A stretch of DNA of 64,000 nucleotides. It comes from Octopus sinensis (lineage: Eukaryota). A program made the translations under genes and the position numbers. This document shows, piece after piece, positions 14,479-28,299 of the stretch. Numbering within the stretch: position 1 is the stretch's first letter; each line of letters opens with the position of its first letter. Location of the stretch: assembly GCF_006345805.1 (NCBI RefSeq), contig NC_043000.1, positions 76,818,001 to 76,882,000 on the forward strand. Reading direction: 5' to 3'. The notes beneath the pieces are model-generated. The model was not told the DNA's origin. It saw only the letters and a program-made list of their open reading frames with translations, and searched no databases.

Positions 14479-15645
14479 TTGGGTTGGCAAGAAAGTAGTT
14501 TTGTTTTTTTAGTGTGAAATAAAAGTAATTTTTTTTTTTGTACAAAGAATGAACTTTAATCAATTATGTATTTTCCATTTGTTCGATTACCATTTTGCCA
14601 ACTTTCTGGCAACTGCATAATTCTGTGCTCATAGAACTTCTGGTCCTTATCAGCCAAAAACTGAAGCAAGTGCAATTTCAGGTCATCATCATTATTGAAA
14701 GTTTTACCATTCAAAGAATTTTGCAAACTTCGAAATCTGATAGTGCAAGGTGAGGGCCATTTGGTGGATGTGACATCACTTCCCAACCAAGCTCCAATAA
14801 TTTTTCATGAGTTAGCAAAGACATGTGTGGTCTAGCGTTATCATGGTAGAACATGATTCCTTTACAATTTGTCAATTCTTTGATTGCTTCCTCCAGTTTC
14901 ATTAGTTGTTGACAGTAAACATCTGAATTGATCATTTGGTTCCTTGGAAGTAGCTCAAAATACACAGCACCTTTGTAATCCCACCAAATTAACAGCATGA
15001 CCATTTTTGATGTGGCTTGTGCTGTTTCATTACACTTGGACCATTACCATTTTCGATTGATGTTATTGTAGACAATCCATTTTTCATCATTAATGATGAT
15101 TCATTTAAAAAAACCGTCGATTTTATTGTTTGAGATGCATATTAGTTTAACATTTGGGAAGTGTTAAGTGAATCTCTTTCAACGTATGTGGAACCCAAAT
15201 ATCAAGCTTCTCATTGAGTCCAAGACAGTTTAAGTGATTTTCAATTGTGTGTGATACATTTAACCTATCTGCAATCTTTTGCACAGTTATATGACAACCA
15301 AATTCAATTATGGCTTTGATTTGGTCGTCTCAACTTCAGTTGGTTGACCAGAATATTGGTCATCTTTGAGAGAAAAATCTCCAGAACAGAATTTTAAAAA
15401 TTATTCCTGATATGTGCATTCTGTTAAGCAATCAACACCATAAACTTCACATATCTCTTTGTGAGCCTCAGCAGCTTTCTTGCCTTTATGGAAATAAAAA
15501 GCAAAATATGGCACTGAACTAACAGCTGTAAACAAAATTACGTGCAATTTGCTTCTAAAGTAAGCTAAATATAACAGCTATCAAATGTCAAAAGGAAAAA
15601 TATCATTACATTGACAAAAGTCATTAAAAAAAAACCTAACCATAC
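14479..15645 (-). mobile_element. Degenerate mariner transposon
   Basis: ORF remnants MLLIWWDYKGAVYFELLP...FYHDNARPH and ...FRSLQNSLNGKTF. TIR TTGGGTTGGCAAG next to (TA)n. Confidence 0.9.
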
Positions 15646-16180
15646 TTATGTATTTTTTTTCACTATCATCTACTCATTTTAATTTTCTTCTGCTTTTCTA
15701 GATTTTTTCCTCTATAGATTGGAATCATTCAGACACTTATTTATTCATACATTCTGAATAAAATAAACTTTATTTCTAAATTTATGAAATATGTGCTGGC
15801 AAAAATTTTCATCATTAAGCTTGCTTTCCAACCACATGGTTTCAGGTTCTGTCCCACTGTGTGGCACCTTGGGCAAGCGTTTTCTACCATAGCCTGGGGC
15901 TGCCCAAAGCTTTGTGAGTGGATTTGGTTATCAGAAATTGAAAGAAGCCCATTGTGTGTGTGTGTGTGTATATATTTATATATATATATAGTGAGAATTC
16001 ACAAAAGACAAAGACAGGTGGTGTAGACAACAAACAGATGTATTAGTTTAATACTTGGGAAGTGAAAAAGTCTTTAATGTTTTGAGCCTACGCTCTTCCA
16101 CAAAGAAACAAAGAGAGAAAATAAAGAATGTGTAGTGGTTAGCAATCTATCATGGCGAATCATATATTTATATATATATA

Positions 16181-16329
16181 TATTACATTAGAGGAAAAAT
16201 CAAAACCAAAGTAGAATGACTATCTCAAGTCATTTAGAATAATTTAATTTGATTTACCCTAATTCAATTATTCTAAATGATTTAAGATACTCGTTCTGCC
16301 TTGGTTTTGATTTTTCCTCTAATATAATA
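16181..16329. repeat. Hairpin MITE
   Basis: ~65-bp arms (TTAGAGGAAAAATCAAAACCAA.../...TTGGTTTTGATTTTTCCTCTAA) with about 7 mismatches, in TA context. Confidence 0.88.
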
Positions 16330-17663
16330 TATACCTGCTATAATGGAACCCTAAAATGGATCCCTAGATCCAGCCTTAGCTGTGATCTTGGAATCTAACA
16401 GTCAACCAACTATATCACTTACCTAGCATATTGTGTGTGTGTATATATATATGTGTGTATATATGTATGTATATATATGTGTGTGTGTTTGTCTCCCCAC
16501 TAGTGTTGGTGTGTTTACATCACTAATTTAGTGGCTCAGCAAAGGAGAGCAATAGAATAAGTTCTAGGCTTTAAAAAATAAGTCTGTGGGGGCGATTTGT
16601 TCAACCAAAACCCTTCAAGATGGTGCTCCAGCATGTTAAGCGACTGAAACAAGTAAAAAAAGATTGTGATTTTCTTTCATATTGTGTTCTATAACTAACT
16701 TAGCCTCATGGTATCATTGTACTCATGTTAATATATATACACAGTTTATGGTGGTGAGCTGGTAGAATGCATTTTATCTGTCTTTACATTCTGAGTTCAA
16801 ATTCCACCAAGGCCAATTTAGCCTTTCATCTTTTTGGTGTTGATGAAATAAATACCAGGTGGGCACTGGAGCTGATGTAATAAACTATCCCCAAAATTGC
16901 TGGCCTTGTGCCAAAATGAAACCATTATATATACACAGTTATATTCAGCTTCTACTTTAATTTTAATGTTTTATCAATGCTTCTTAAAGTAGGCAGAAAT
17001 TTTTATATGGGTATTGAGGACAAAAGAAACAGAGAGAGATGGTGAATGTGTGATGGGGAGGGTGCAGGGCCATACACCCAAGTTACAGAGAGATGTATAT
17101 TGGTAAGTGGCTAAGGGATCTAAGGGATTTCGAAAGGAGAATGAAAGCTAGAAGAGGAGGATGTAATGAGTAAGCACTTGTAGAGGGAGGGGGTATTAAA
17201 AGTATATCCTGTGGAAAAAAGGATTGAACAGGAATATACTGCATGCAGGTAGGTACACGAGGGAGAGTGGAGGGGGTATAATGTTTATTTTATACCTTTC
17301 TAGGTTTCTTGATTTTACTGTTTCATTCACAAATACAATGTGTAGCAAATCTGATATAAAAAATAAACATGACTGATGATGTGCCAATATCCAGTATAAA
17401 TTTTTTTTTAGTTCATGCCTTCTTTAATGATTTTTCCAAAAATTTAACATAGAGTCATTAGCCTGCAATGGATTATTTTAGCAAAATAAGGATAATAAAC
17501 CAATATGCAAAATGAGCTTCTGTTTGATTAAAAATACGGTTACCATATGTGCCAACTTGATTGGGGCTATTCCAGTGTCACAATATTGTCCTGGTATTCC
17601 AGCCCATTTGAAATCCTTCTCTGTTCTTATTCATTCAATTATGTTGTGTGTGTGTATATACTA

Positions 17664-17985
17664 AAATACAGAGTTATTCAAAAAGAATGAACCAATTTCA
17701 TTATGCAATATTTTAATAAGAAAAGCAATAGAAAACTCCAGCTAAGTCATAAGTATTTTCTCACAATCAACTTTTATTTCCTGTCTTACAAGTATTCAAT
17801 GTGGCCACCACCTGCAGCATGAGCAACATCAATGCAATAAGAGAATTCCTCCCAGACGCATATCACGATCCACCGAGTTGATCACTTTTGTTATTTGATG
17901 TTTAAGGTCATCAGGGTTAGTGGGTAGTGGTGGAACAGAAACATGATCTTTTTATATATCCCCACAAGAAAAAAATCATTTTTCT
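17664..17985 (-). mobile_element. Tc1/mariner-superfamily (maT-like) 3' fragment
   Basis: Minus strand reads DFFLWGYIKDHVSVPPLPTNPDDLKHQIT, a typical transposase C-terminus. Confidence 0.65.
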
Positions 17986-18211
17986 ACTCCAGGCACAAAG
18001 CCTGAAAAGCAACTGGTACTTAATTTATCAACCCCAAAAGGATGAAAGGCAAAGTCGATCTCGACGGAATTTTCTCAGAACATAAAGACAGATGAAATAC
18101 AGCTAAGCATTTAACCCAGTATGCTAATGTTTCTGCCAGCTTGCTGCCTTGAAAGCTTAAATAAATAAATAAAATGGAAGAATATATAAATATATATATA
18201 TATAAAATATA

Positions 18212-19038
18212 CGAGGTGTAATCAAAAAGTATCTGACCTTTGGCCAAAAAACAAGTAGTATTAAAAAACTTACCATTTTGATTTAGTCTCCTTCAAAGTA
18301 TTTGCCTTGGGAGTCTACACACTTCTGATAGCATTCCTGCCACTGCAGGAAACATTCTGGAAACCACTTTTGGGGATGCTGTAGAGCTGTGCTGTTGAAT
18401 TTTGCTTAATGTCCTCTGTTGACTCAAATATTCTCCCTTTGCATGTTTTTTTCTTAGCTTTGGGAATAGCCAAAAGTCACATGGAGCCAAATCTGGGGAG
18501 TAGAAAGCCTGACGAACAAGTGGTGTCTTTTGCTTGGACAACATGGGCAGATTCCCATGTCTGATTCCAACTTCAGCAACAATCTCCTCAATAGTCACAT
18601 GACAGTCTTCATAGACTATCCCTCAAACCTTTGCAATCATTTTGCCATTTCTGCTAGTCAATGGTCTGCTACAATATGGCTCACTGTCCACAGAGGTGCG
18701 GCCATCTTTGAACCAGTTGTACCACTCCTTTATTTGAGTTTTTCCCAAAGGCCTTCTGAATCTTATCCATAGTCTGGGCTTGCTTACACCAAGTTTTTGG
18801 CAGAATTTGATACAGTATCTTTGTTCAATACACTTGGTCATCTTGACTCCAAAAAGAAATATTGCACAGCACACTCTTCATTTCTGTACTTGACACATCA
18901 TTGTGAGTGACTGACGCAACCTAGACATGAAAAGTTTTGCACATGCTGAGGAAGGATGTGGCCACTCATGTAGATTTTGCTCACATTATTATTTTGTGCC
19001 CAAAAAATCAAAGTTGGATACTTTTTGACTACACCTCA
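18212..19038 (-). mobile_element. Internally deleted mariner
   Basis: TIRs CGAGGTGTAATCAAAAAGTATC / GATACTTTTTGACTACACCTCA with TA TSDs. MTKCIEQRYCIKFCQKLG and YSPDLAPCDFWLFPKL motifs. Confidence 0.92.
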
Positions 19039-19240
19039 TATATGTATTTATATAATCTTTCATCTTTTACTTGTTTCACTCATTAGACTGTGGCCATGCT
19101 GGGCACTGCCAAGACAAATTTTAGTCAAATGAATCAATTCCAGGACTTATTTCTTTTAAAGCCTGCTACTTATTCTCTCAGTTTCCATCTACCAAATCCA
19201 CCCATAAAGGTTTGGTCAGCCCGAGGCTACAGAAGATAAA

Positions 19241-19592
19241 GGCATGGCTGTGTGGTAAGAAGCTTGCTTCCCAACTGCATGGCACCTAGGGTAAAAGTCT
19301 CCTACTATAGCTCCAGGCCAACCAAAGCCTTGTGAGTGTATTTGGTAGATGGAAACTGGAAAAAAGCCCGTTGTGTGTGTATATATATTTGTGTGTGTGT
19401 TTGTCCCCCGCCCCGCCATTGCTTGATAACCGATGGTGGTGTGTTTATGTCCCAGTAACTTAGCGGTTCGACAAAAGAGGCCGATAAAATGAGTACTAGG
19501 TTAACAAAGAATAAATTCTGGGGTCGATTTCTTCGACTAACACCCTTTAAGACAGTGCTCCAGCATGACCGCAGTCAACTGACTGAAACAAG
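19241..19592 (+). mobile_element. ~400-bp SINE family A copy
   Basis: Head GGCTGTGTGGTAAG...; internal TA/TG microsatellite; ends GACTGAAACAAG. Other copies: 24797-25188 (-), 47700-48072 (-), 49483-49868 (+), and split copies at 15795-16665 and 56810-60900. Confidence 0.85.
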
Positions 19593-19611
19593 AATATATA
19601 TATAACGTAAT

Positions 19612-19794
19612 ACAGAAATCCCTCGCCATATCGTGGTTTATTATTTAGATTTATGTCGATTCCTCTTTATAATAAAATTCTTATCATATTATAAAAATAA
19701 ATATACAGTACAGTAACTGTTTCTATTTCGCGGATTTTCACCTATCGCAGAGTTTTTTTGGAACGTAGCACCCGTGATAGTCGAGGAATTACTG
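19612..19794. mobile_element. Tigger/pogo-like MITE
   Basis: TIRs TA-CAGAAATCCCTCG ... CGAGGAATTACTG-TA. Confidence 0.65.
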
Positions 19795-21884
19795 TACACG
19801 CATCAGTAATGGAATGTGTTTTTTTCATAAACACTATTTTCGAAAGCCATTCTTAACCGGATCTGACCGATGTTGCTATCAATCCGTACCGTTGAGTTCA
19901 TGGTAAACTACCAGTTCGTCATTTCTGTTTTGTTTTAAACACGTTGTTTTATACTTTACTGAATATAGTCTTTATTACACCACTATGTGAGTTTTACTAC
20001 TTTCATTTACTTTATAACTATAAAACCATTTATATGCCTTGTTAATTTTTTAATATTTCCATTTATATTTTTCTTTGCGTCATATTTTGCCTTTCTATGT
20101 GGTTTGATAGTGTGTAGTTTTAACCTTTCAGAATCCGGTATTTTTGTTTTGGTGCTCGCCCTAATGTTTTCAGTTGAAAATACTTTATTGATAAATTAAA
20201 TGGGGAATATCCTCAAGAAATTATTGAAACTATAAAATATGGAGAAATTATTTATAAAGTACGACTATTACAGCGTGTAATGTAAGCAAACGCGTTATAC
20301 CAGCAACGAACTTAGTTTGAGTCTCGGTTCAGTTTCCTAGTTATGACTATTTTACTTTACATCTGGAAACTGTTATTTGATTTGTCAGAAAGTCACAATG
20401 AAATTACCAAAACAGTAAACAAATCGCCCTCAAATAACATCCAACTCTCTTAAATAGGACCGTGTAGTAATTGACACACTCGTAAACATGGCTAGAATGA
20501 CTTTGATCATAGTTCTGCTCTATCAAGGTTGACCAGATGCTAATCCATTAGGCCTGAATGTCACAACTGTCTTATTTCAAACGTGAAACAGTTGATTAGT
20601 CGAAACATGTCCATTATTTAAAACTCAGCTACTACCAGCTTCTATTTTTCCTTTTCGTTCTTTCATTCATTGATATTCAGGCGAAAGTAAAGAATACGCA
20701 CACCTGGTGTTTTAAGTTTAGGGATTTTGTTACGCCAAAAATGGGTAGTGTTCGTATTCTTTACCTCCGCCGATGTTTAATTAAGAATATTTCAAGTAAC
20801 TATCGTCTTCAAGTAATTAAATGCAAAACTTGAAACTATATATGACGGCGATTTGTATAAAGATCGAAGACGTTCCACTTATGACCAACCCGTCTTATTT
20901 AAGGATATCATAGACTACATTATCTAATGCACCCTTCTTCATTCAAGAGAAATTTGGCTGTTATTTCTAACGTCTTGACCGACAACGTAGTAATCACCTG
21001 TTTTGATTAGAGAATATTGTTAATTTCATGCGACAGACTGACGCATAAGTTTAGAACGAATGAAGTCTCTATATATTAACTGGAATTCAAAAACATGTGG
21101 GTACGTGTAAGTAAAGCTAAGAGAAATAACTCAAAGTGACCAGTGCCATATATAATGTTTGAGTCTGCGTGAATGAATGTTTGCATCATGTGCTTCACAT
21201 GAATTATTATCACAACTTCCGGTTCAGCATTTTTTTTCAGCCATGTGCTTCCCGGTGTATCACTCACTCTATACTTCTAAAGATATGAAAATCATCAGAT
21301 AAACTATTTGTCGACATTAACTCGGTGGGTATTTTATTGTATATATATATTCGGTTAATTAAAAGCTTTCGATTATTTTGTGTGGCAATTATGAAGTAGG
21401 AATTATGTATTATAAAATAAATGGATACGCACACAGAATAATGTGGGCCCCTCCCCATCGAGGGATTACTTGTTTTGTGTGGTATCCCTCGCATCTCAAT
21501 ATTTACATTTTGAATCGGTGCAAGGGAGGGAAGAAAACTACGAAAGATCCAGGCGATGTTTCGTTTAATGACGCAGAAAGTGAAATCTATGAAGTCGGCA
21601 GAGATTGTCATTTGCGGGAAACTCGAAAGCGAATGCATTATTTTCTTCGAACTAATAAAATTGACACAAAGCTAATATTACAGAATGGTCTGTATAAAAT
21701 TCATCATTTTGTAAAATGCTTTTGATATATTTTATTATATTTTTAAAAATAATAAAGTACAACAAGAATTAGACACGATAAAACTATCGAAGGTAGTATA
21801 CTAATATAAAAAGCTTTACAAGTTGAGAAAAAGAATCTTATTTAAAACTCTGATAATGCCTGCATACACCATGCGGATCTTTTT

Positions 21885-22628
21885 GATTTAGAAAATAATT
21901 TTTTTGTAACTAAACACTTTCAAACTTCGTATACTGGTAGAATGTGTCATATGAAACATCTTTTTCTCTTAGCGTTTTTGAGAAAACTTTATATTTACGA
22001 AGTTATTTCGTGTTAAAGTTCTCGTATTTCGGTAATTTCAACCAATCCCTGACGTGTAGCTGAATAAAATTACTGCCGTTGTTTGTCAATGACAACTATT
22101 GACAGTGTATATTTCATTTGTCACTGTTATTTATGAAATCGTTCGTGCTTTTGTACTGGTTTTAGGGTTAGAGTTACGGAAAAACATGAAAAGTGAAGAA
22201 ATTGGAGGGGTAGGGGAAGGGGGGGGTCAAAAATGTCTTTCCGGAAATAGTAGCTAAAAAACTGGAAAAAAAACTAAAAGCAGTAGAAATGCACGAACGA
22301 TTATGGTGGTGCCATGAAGTAAATATGCTTCAGACACATTTATTTATACAAACATAACTGAGATGAAATATGTCATAAATAACAGTGACAAACGAAATAT
22401 ACACCGCCGGAAGTTGTTGTTGACAAACAACGGCAGTAATTTTATTCAGCTGAATACGCGTCATTGATTGGTTGAAATTACCGAAATACGACAACTTTAA
22501 CGTGAAATAACTTTGTAAATATAAAGTTTTCTCAAAAATGCTAAGAGTAAAAGATGTTTTATGTGACACTTTCTACCAGTAAACGAAGTTTGAAAGTGTT
22601 TAGTTACAAAAAAATTATTTTCTAAATC
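21885..22628. repeat. Foldback element with ~250-bp inverted arms
   Basis: 21885-22136 is the reverse complement of 22373-22628 (GATTTAGAAAATAATT...AATTATTTTCTAAATC). Confidence 0.9.
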
Positions 22629-23789
22629 TATCGGTCAAAGGGTAAAGATGCCTCTAAGCTTTTCCATCTGAACATGTGTAACGATTTACCAAACACATTT
22701 GGGTTAATGTTGACATTACCTGGAAACGAAATCAAAAAAAAAAAAGTGCAACAGGTGTAAAAAAAAAGGTGTAGAAAACGAATCTGAAAACAAAAATATG
22801 CAGAGAGCAATGGGGGTGGGGAGAGGCCTTCGGAAAATGCACAAGATCCGATGTTTTTCCTTCATAGCTTTTATGAAATTGGATCTTTTTTTTAATGAAA
22901 TTTTATATAAATACCTTTCAAATGGTATAGATTACGATTATAAAGAAATTTGTGGAAAAAATCTTTTCCGAGGGGATATGGAGAGGACTTCGGAAAATTC
23001 ACAAAATCCGATGGTTTCCCTCCTAACTTTGAGGAAAATGGATATCTTTCTACTTCACACCAACGTAGGAAACGAATCTGAAAACCAAAACGCGTGGAAA
23101 GCAATGATGGGTGGGTGTAATTCAGAAAATTCTCAAGATTCACAAGATCTGAGTTTTTCCCTCATAACTTTGAAGAAAATGGATATCTTTTAATGAAATT
23201 GTATATAAATGCCTTTTAATTGGCATGCGTTATGGATGCCTAATGTACTGCAAACCCCTTATTTTTCTTCTGAAAAAGAGTGAAGAGAAAACCAGAATTA
23301 TTGGAAAATATTTTTCTTTTTTTTGATGAATGAATTACAGTGACCTAATATGCCACAAAACTCTTTTTTGTCCGGAAAACGGGGGTTGTTTCTTTAAAAT
23401 TTCGTTTTTTTACAAGTGTACCATTATAAAAATTAGTGAAGTTTGGACAGGAGAGAGAAAGAATGGTACAAAATCCGTATAAAAACCATGTTAGAGAAAG
23501 AATGATACAAAATCCTTATAAAAACCATGTTAGTGTTTGTGTGTGTGAAACAAAGTATTATATTAAAACAAAATATCTTTTACATACCTCTTAAAAATGA
23601 CTAGTTTTCAAATGGTATCCAGTGTTTTCACTTTCCTTTAGCAATTTTAATCAGGTAAACTAATATGTTTGAATTTTGTGTGGAAAGAGGGAGAGAGACA
23701 CACATATGTAATATACTTTGTGTCGCTAAACTTCCAATGGCATAACAATGTCATGGGTCAAATGAAGCGAGTAAGTGATTTCATATATA

Positions 23790-23836
<47 letters not shown>

Positions 23837-23857
23837 ATAAAAATATATATATATGTA

Positions 23858-24550
23858 TCATCATCATTGTCGTTTAACATCCACTTCCCATGCTGGCATG
23901 GGTTGGACAGTTTGATTGAGTGCTGGTAAGCTGGAAGACTGCACCAGGCTCCAATCCGATTTGGCAATGTTTCTACTGCTGGATGCCTTCCTAACACCAA
24001 CTGTTCCAAGAGTGTAGTGGATGCTTTTTATGTGGCATGAGGGCCAATCAGCCGGTACTGGCATCAACCATGCTTGAATGGTGCTTTTTACATGCCACTG
24101 GCACGGGAGTCTGTCAGGCGGCACCGGCATCAACCACACACAAATGGTGCTTTTTATGTGCCACCGGCATTGGTGCCAATCAGGCTGTTTTGTCATCACC
24201 CACATCAAGGACTTCACTTGCCTCAACAGGTCTTCACAAGCACAGTTTATTGCCCAATGATTGAAGGGTACCCTTAAATGGGTTGGTTATGCTGCACTGG
24301 CATAAGCCACGGTTACTGTCTCACTTGGTTTGCCATTTCTTCTCAAGCAGAGTATATCTCCAAAGGTCTCAGTCACTTGTCATTGTCTCAGTGAGGCCCA
24401 ATGTTCGAAGGTTGTGCTTCGACACATCCCAGGTCTTCCTGGGTCTGCCTCTTCCACAGGTTCCCTCTACTGCTAGGGTGTGACACTTTTTCACACAGCT
24501 GTCCTCATCCATATGCAACACATGACCATACCATCGCAGTCATCTCTCTT
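23858..24550 (-). mobile_element. RTE LINE 3' end
   Basis: (ATC)n tail followed by the reverse complement of the 3' UTR and ORF end. Confidence 0.9.
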
Positions 24551-24796
24551 GCATATATGTGTGTGTGTGTGTATATATATGTATAGTAGAAGTAAGGACC
24601 TGAGCCCTTCAAAAGGAAGTTCCTGAGGAAAAGTCTAATTTGTGATTTCAAAAGTGTTATATTTTCCTCAAAGTTATGAGGGAATTTTCCGAAGTCCTCT
24701 CCCCACATCCTTGGAAAAGATTTTCCTCACAGATTTCTTTATAATCATAATCTATATTGTTTGAAAGGTATTTATATTTATTTTTTTTTCTTTTTT

Positions 24797-25188
24797 CTTG
24801 TTTCAGTCATTTTGACTGCGGCCATGCTGGAGCACCGCCTTTAATCGAGCAACTCGACCCCGGGACTTATTCTTTGTATGCCCAGTACTTATTCTATCGG
24901 TCTCTTTTGCCGAACCGCTAAGTGACGGGGACATAAACACACCAGTATCGGTTGTCAAGCAATGCTAGGGGGACAAACACAGACACACAAACACACACAT
25001 ACATATATATATACACACATATATACGACAGGCTTCTTTCAGTTTCCGTCTACCAAATCCACTCACAAGGCATTGGTTGGCCCGGGGCTATAGCAGAAGA
25101 CACTTGCCCAAGATGCCACGCAGTGGGACTGAACCCAGAACCATGCGGTTGGTTAGCAAGCTACTTACCACACGGCCACTCCTGCGCC
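24797..25188 (-). mobile_element. SINE family A copy
   Basis: Well-preserved reverse complement of the family, inserted into a fragment of another repeat. Confidence 0.88.
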
Positions 25189-25828
25189 TATATAAAATTT
25201 CTTTAAAAAAAAAACCCATTTTCCTAAAAGTTATGAGGGCAAAACATCTAACAAATCAGTGGATGACTATATACAAGCCCCTTTGTTTCCAGTAGATGCT
25301 ACAGCTTCTCAAACATCTCAATGCTTTCATTACTCTAACTGATATAATTTTCACTATGGTTACCTCATAGGATAATCCTATACAACTGTAGTTTTCACAA
25401 TAGTTACATTATTGGTTAGTCTTATACAGCTATGTAAGACTATAAGATTATAGGCCTTAGAACCTCTATGGCCACTGAAACTATTAACCCAACTTTCAAA
25501 ATACTTACCTATTGTATAGGTACTTGTTGCCTTGGCCATCCATGCTATTTCAAGGAGGATTCATCTCCATAGTACTATAGAAGATGCAGTTAAATATCAA
25601 CCGCATGAAGTCCTGAAGTTAGGAAAAAATTAACTTATTATCTAGAAAGTCATTATACAACAATTACTGTAAGAATTTAACTCTTGCTCTGTATACTCAG
25701 TAGTTCAATACCTTAACCACACTTTCAGAGGGGGAAATTTCAAACATTCATCATCCATAGTACTTTGTGTGTGTGTGCGCGTGCACGTGCATATGTGTGT
25801 GTGTGTGTATGTATGTATGTATATGAAT

Positions 25829-27070
25829 GTATCATAGTCCTCCAGGCAATAACAGAAGAACTCCTTTCTGCTGATGACCTTGCTCTAATAGCTGTGTCAC
25901 TATCAGAACTAGAGGAGAAGTTTCAGGTGTGGAAGCAAGGTCTAGAATCAAAGAGCCTTAGAGTCAATCTAGCAAAAACCAAAGTCTTTGTAAGTAGGAA
26001 GGTAGACAAATCACAAATCCCTTCAGGTAGATGGCCCTGCTCAGGCTGTAGAAGAGGCATAGGTAGAAACTCCATAAGATGTATCCAATATAAGCTATGG
26101 ACACATACAAGGTGCAGCAATATCAAAGGAAGGTTAACTGAGAAGATAGTTTTTGTGTGTGGCAGATGTACAGGAGCAATAAACACTGAAAATGTGCAGA
26201 AAACAACTTCCTTCACATGCCAGGGAGAAAAACTAGAAGCATTTGATAGCTTCCGTTATCTAGGTGACCAAGTCAGTAGCTGGGGTGAATGCTCTGAGAG
26301 TGTAGCTGCTAGAATAAGAATAGCCTGGACAAAGTTCAGAGAACTACCACTGCTGGTAACAAAGGGCCCCTCACTCAGGTTGAAAGGCAGACTGTATGAC
26401 GCATGTGTGCTAACTGCCATGCTATATGGCAGTGAAAGATGGGTTGTGACTGCTGAGGACATGCATAAGCTTGCAAGAAATGAAGCTAGTAAGCTCTGCT
26501 GGATGTGTAATATCAGTTTGCATACACAACAGTGTAAGCACCCTGAGAGAAAAGTTGGATCTAAGAAGCATCAAGTGTGGTGTGCAAGAAAGATGACTGC
26601 GCTGGTCATGTGTTGCATATGGATGAGAACAGCTGTGTGAGAAAGTGTTACACCCTAACAGTGGAGGGAACCAGGAAGAGCTGGGATGAGGTGATGAAGC
26701 ACAACCTTCAAATATTGGGGCTCACGGAGGCAATGACTAGTGACTGAGACCTTTTGGAGATATGCTGTGTTTGAGAAGACCCAGCAAACCAAGTGAGACC
26801 ATAAATGTGGCCTATGGGCAATATACTGTGCTTAAGAAGACCTGTTGAGTCAAGTGAAATCATTGTCATAGCCAATGCCAGTATCGCCTGACTGGCACCC
26901 ATGCCGGTGGCATGTAAAAAAGCACCCACTGCACTCTCGGGGTGGTTGGCATTAGGAAGGGCATCCAGCTGTAGTAACCTTGCCAGATCAGATTGGAGCC
27001 TGGTGCAGCCTCCTGGCTTGCCACTCCTCAGTCAAACCATCCAACCCATGCCAGCATGGAAAGCAAATGT
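25829..27070 (+). mobile_element. 5'-truncated RTE LINE
   Basis: IIVLQAITEE...ADDLALIA...RIRIAWTKFRELPLL ORF remnant plus 3' UTR. Confidence 0.92.
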
Positions 27071-27092
27071 TTTATATATATATAAACTTTCC

Positions 27093-27135
<43 letters not shown>

Positions 27136-27337
27136 GTATATGTATATATATATAGTTTACAGATGAGATCCAAATATTCTCTGTATAGAAGATACTTAGT
27201 AGTGCTCAGAAGATTAAAACTTAGACTTTGATGTCTTTATAGGGGATCATTCCACAAGATAAAGAAAGGCTATAAGAGGGATCAGGTTGAGCAGGTATAG
27301 AAGCAATTATGGGGATAAGCAAATTAGATACATCAAA

Positions 27338-28010
27338 TATCATCATCATCATCATTTAATGTCTGCTTTCCATGCTGGCATGGGTTGGACGGTTTGACTG
27401 AGGACTGGCAAACCAGATGGCTGCACCAGGCTCCAATCTGATTTGGCAGAGTTTCTACAGCAGGATGCCCTTCCTAGCGCCAACCACTCTGAGAGTGTAG
27501 TGGGTGCTTTTATGTGCCACCGGCACAAGGATCAGTCAGGCAGTATTGGCAATAGCCATTCTCAAATGGTGTTTTTTACGTGTCACCTGCACAGGAACCA
27601 GTCCAGCAGCACTGACAACAACACCACTCAAATGTTGTTTTTCACGTGACACCCACACAAGTGCCAGTAAGGCGATGCTGGTAACGATCATGCTCGAATG
27701 GTGCTTTTTACATGCCACCGGCACGGGAGCCAGTCAGCGGCCTTGGCAACGATCATGCTCGGATGGTGCTCTTAGCATTCTACTAGCACGGATGCCAGTC
27801 AGGCGGTGCTGTCAGCAAATTTGATTTTGATTTCACTTGTCTCAACAGGTCTTCGCAAGCAGAGTTTAGTGTCCAGTGAAGGAAAGGTATGCATAAGTGG
27901 GCTGGTTACACTACTGGCATAGGCCATGTGATCTTACTTGGCTTGCTGGGTCTTCTCAAGCACAGCATATTTCCAAAGTCTCGGTCACTAGTCATTGCCT
28001 CGGTGAAGTA
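27338..28010 (-). mobile_element. RTE LINE 3' UTR fragment
   Basis: (ATC)n tail and reverse complement of the 3' UTR with internal tandem units. Confidence 0.88.
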
Positions 28011-28299
28011 CATCACTCTTGAACTATCTTTCTCCTCTCACCATTCCCTGTCTCAATACCCCCAGTCCCACCTCATACACTTAGTTCTCCACATTTAATC
28101 ATTACATCTTTAAACTTTTCTACATTAAGATTTGAAATGCAAGTTCTCTACCCTGATGAAGGAAGCTTATTTCATGCTATGTTAGATGCATCCATACGGC
28201 CACATTTTGTGATGGACTAAATCCACCAACATTATTATGGATCGTTGAGCCCCCAGAAACAGCTATTAGATTCATAATACTTTTATTCTACCCCATTAA

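Noticed and set aside
20173-20285. Protein-like stretch KYFIDKLNGEYPQEIIETIKYGEIIYKVRLLQRV between splice-like sites
   Set aside because: An in-frame TGA immediately follows the acceptor, and I recognise no homolog.
21378-21725. 115-aa and overlapping 124-aa ORFs in a CpG-rich patch
   Set aside because: No recognisable domain and no splice context; the lengths are within chance expectation.
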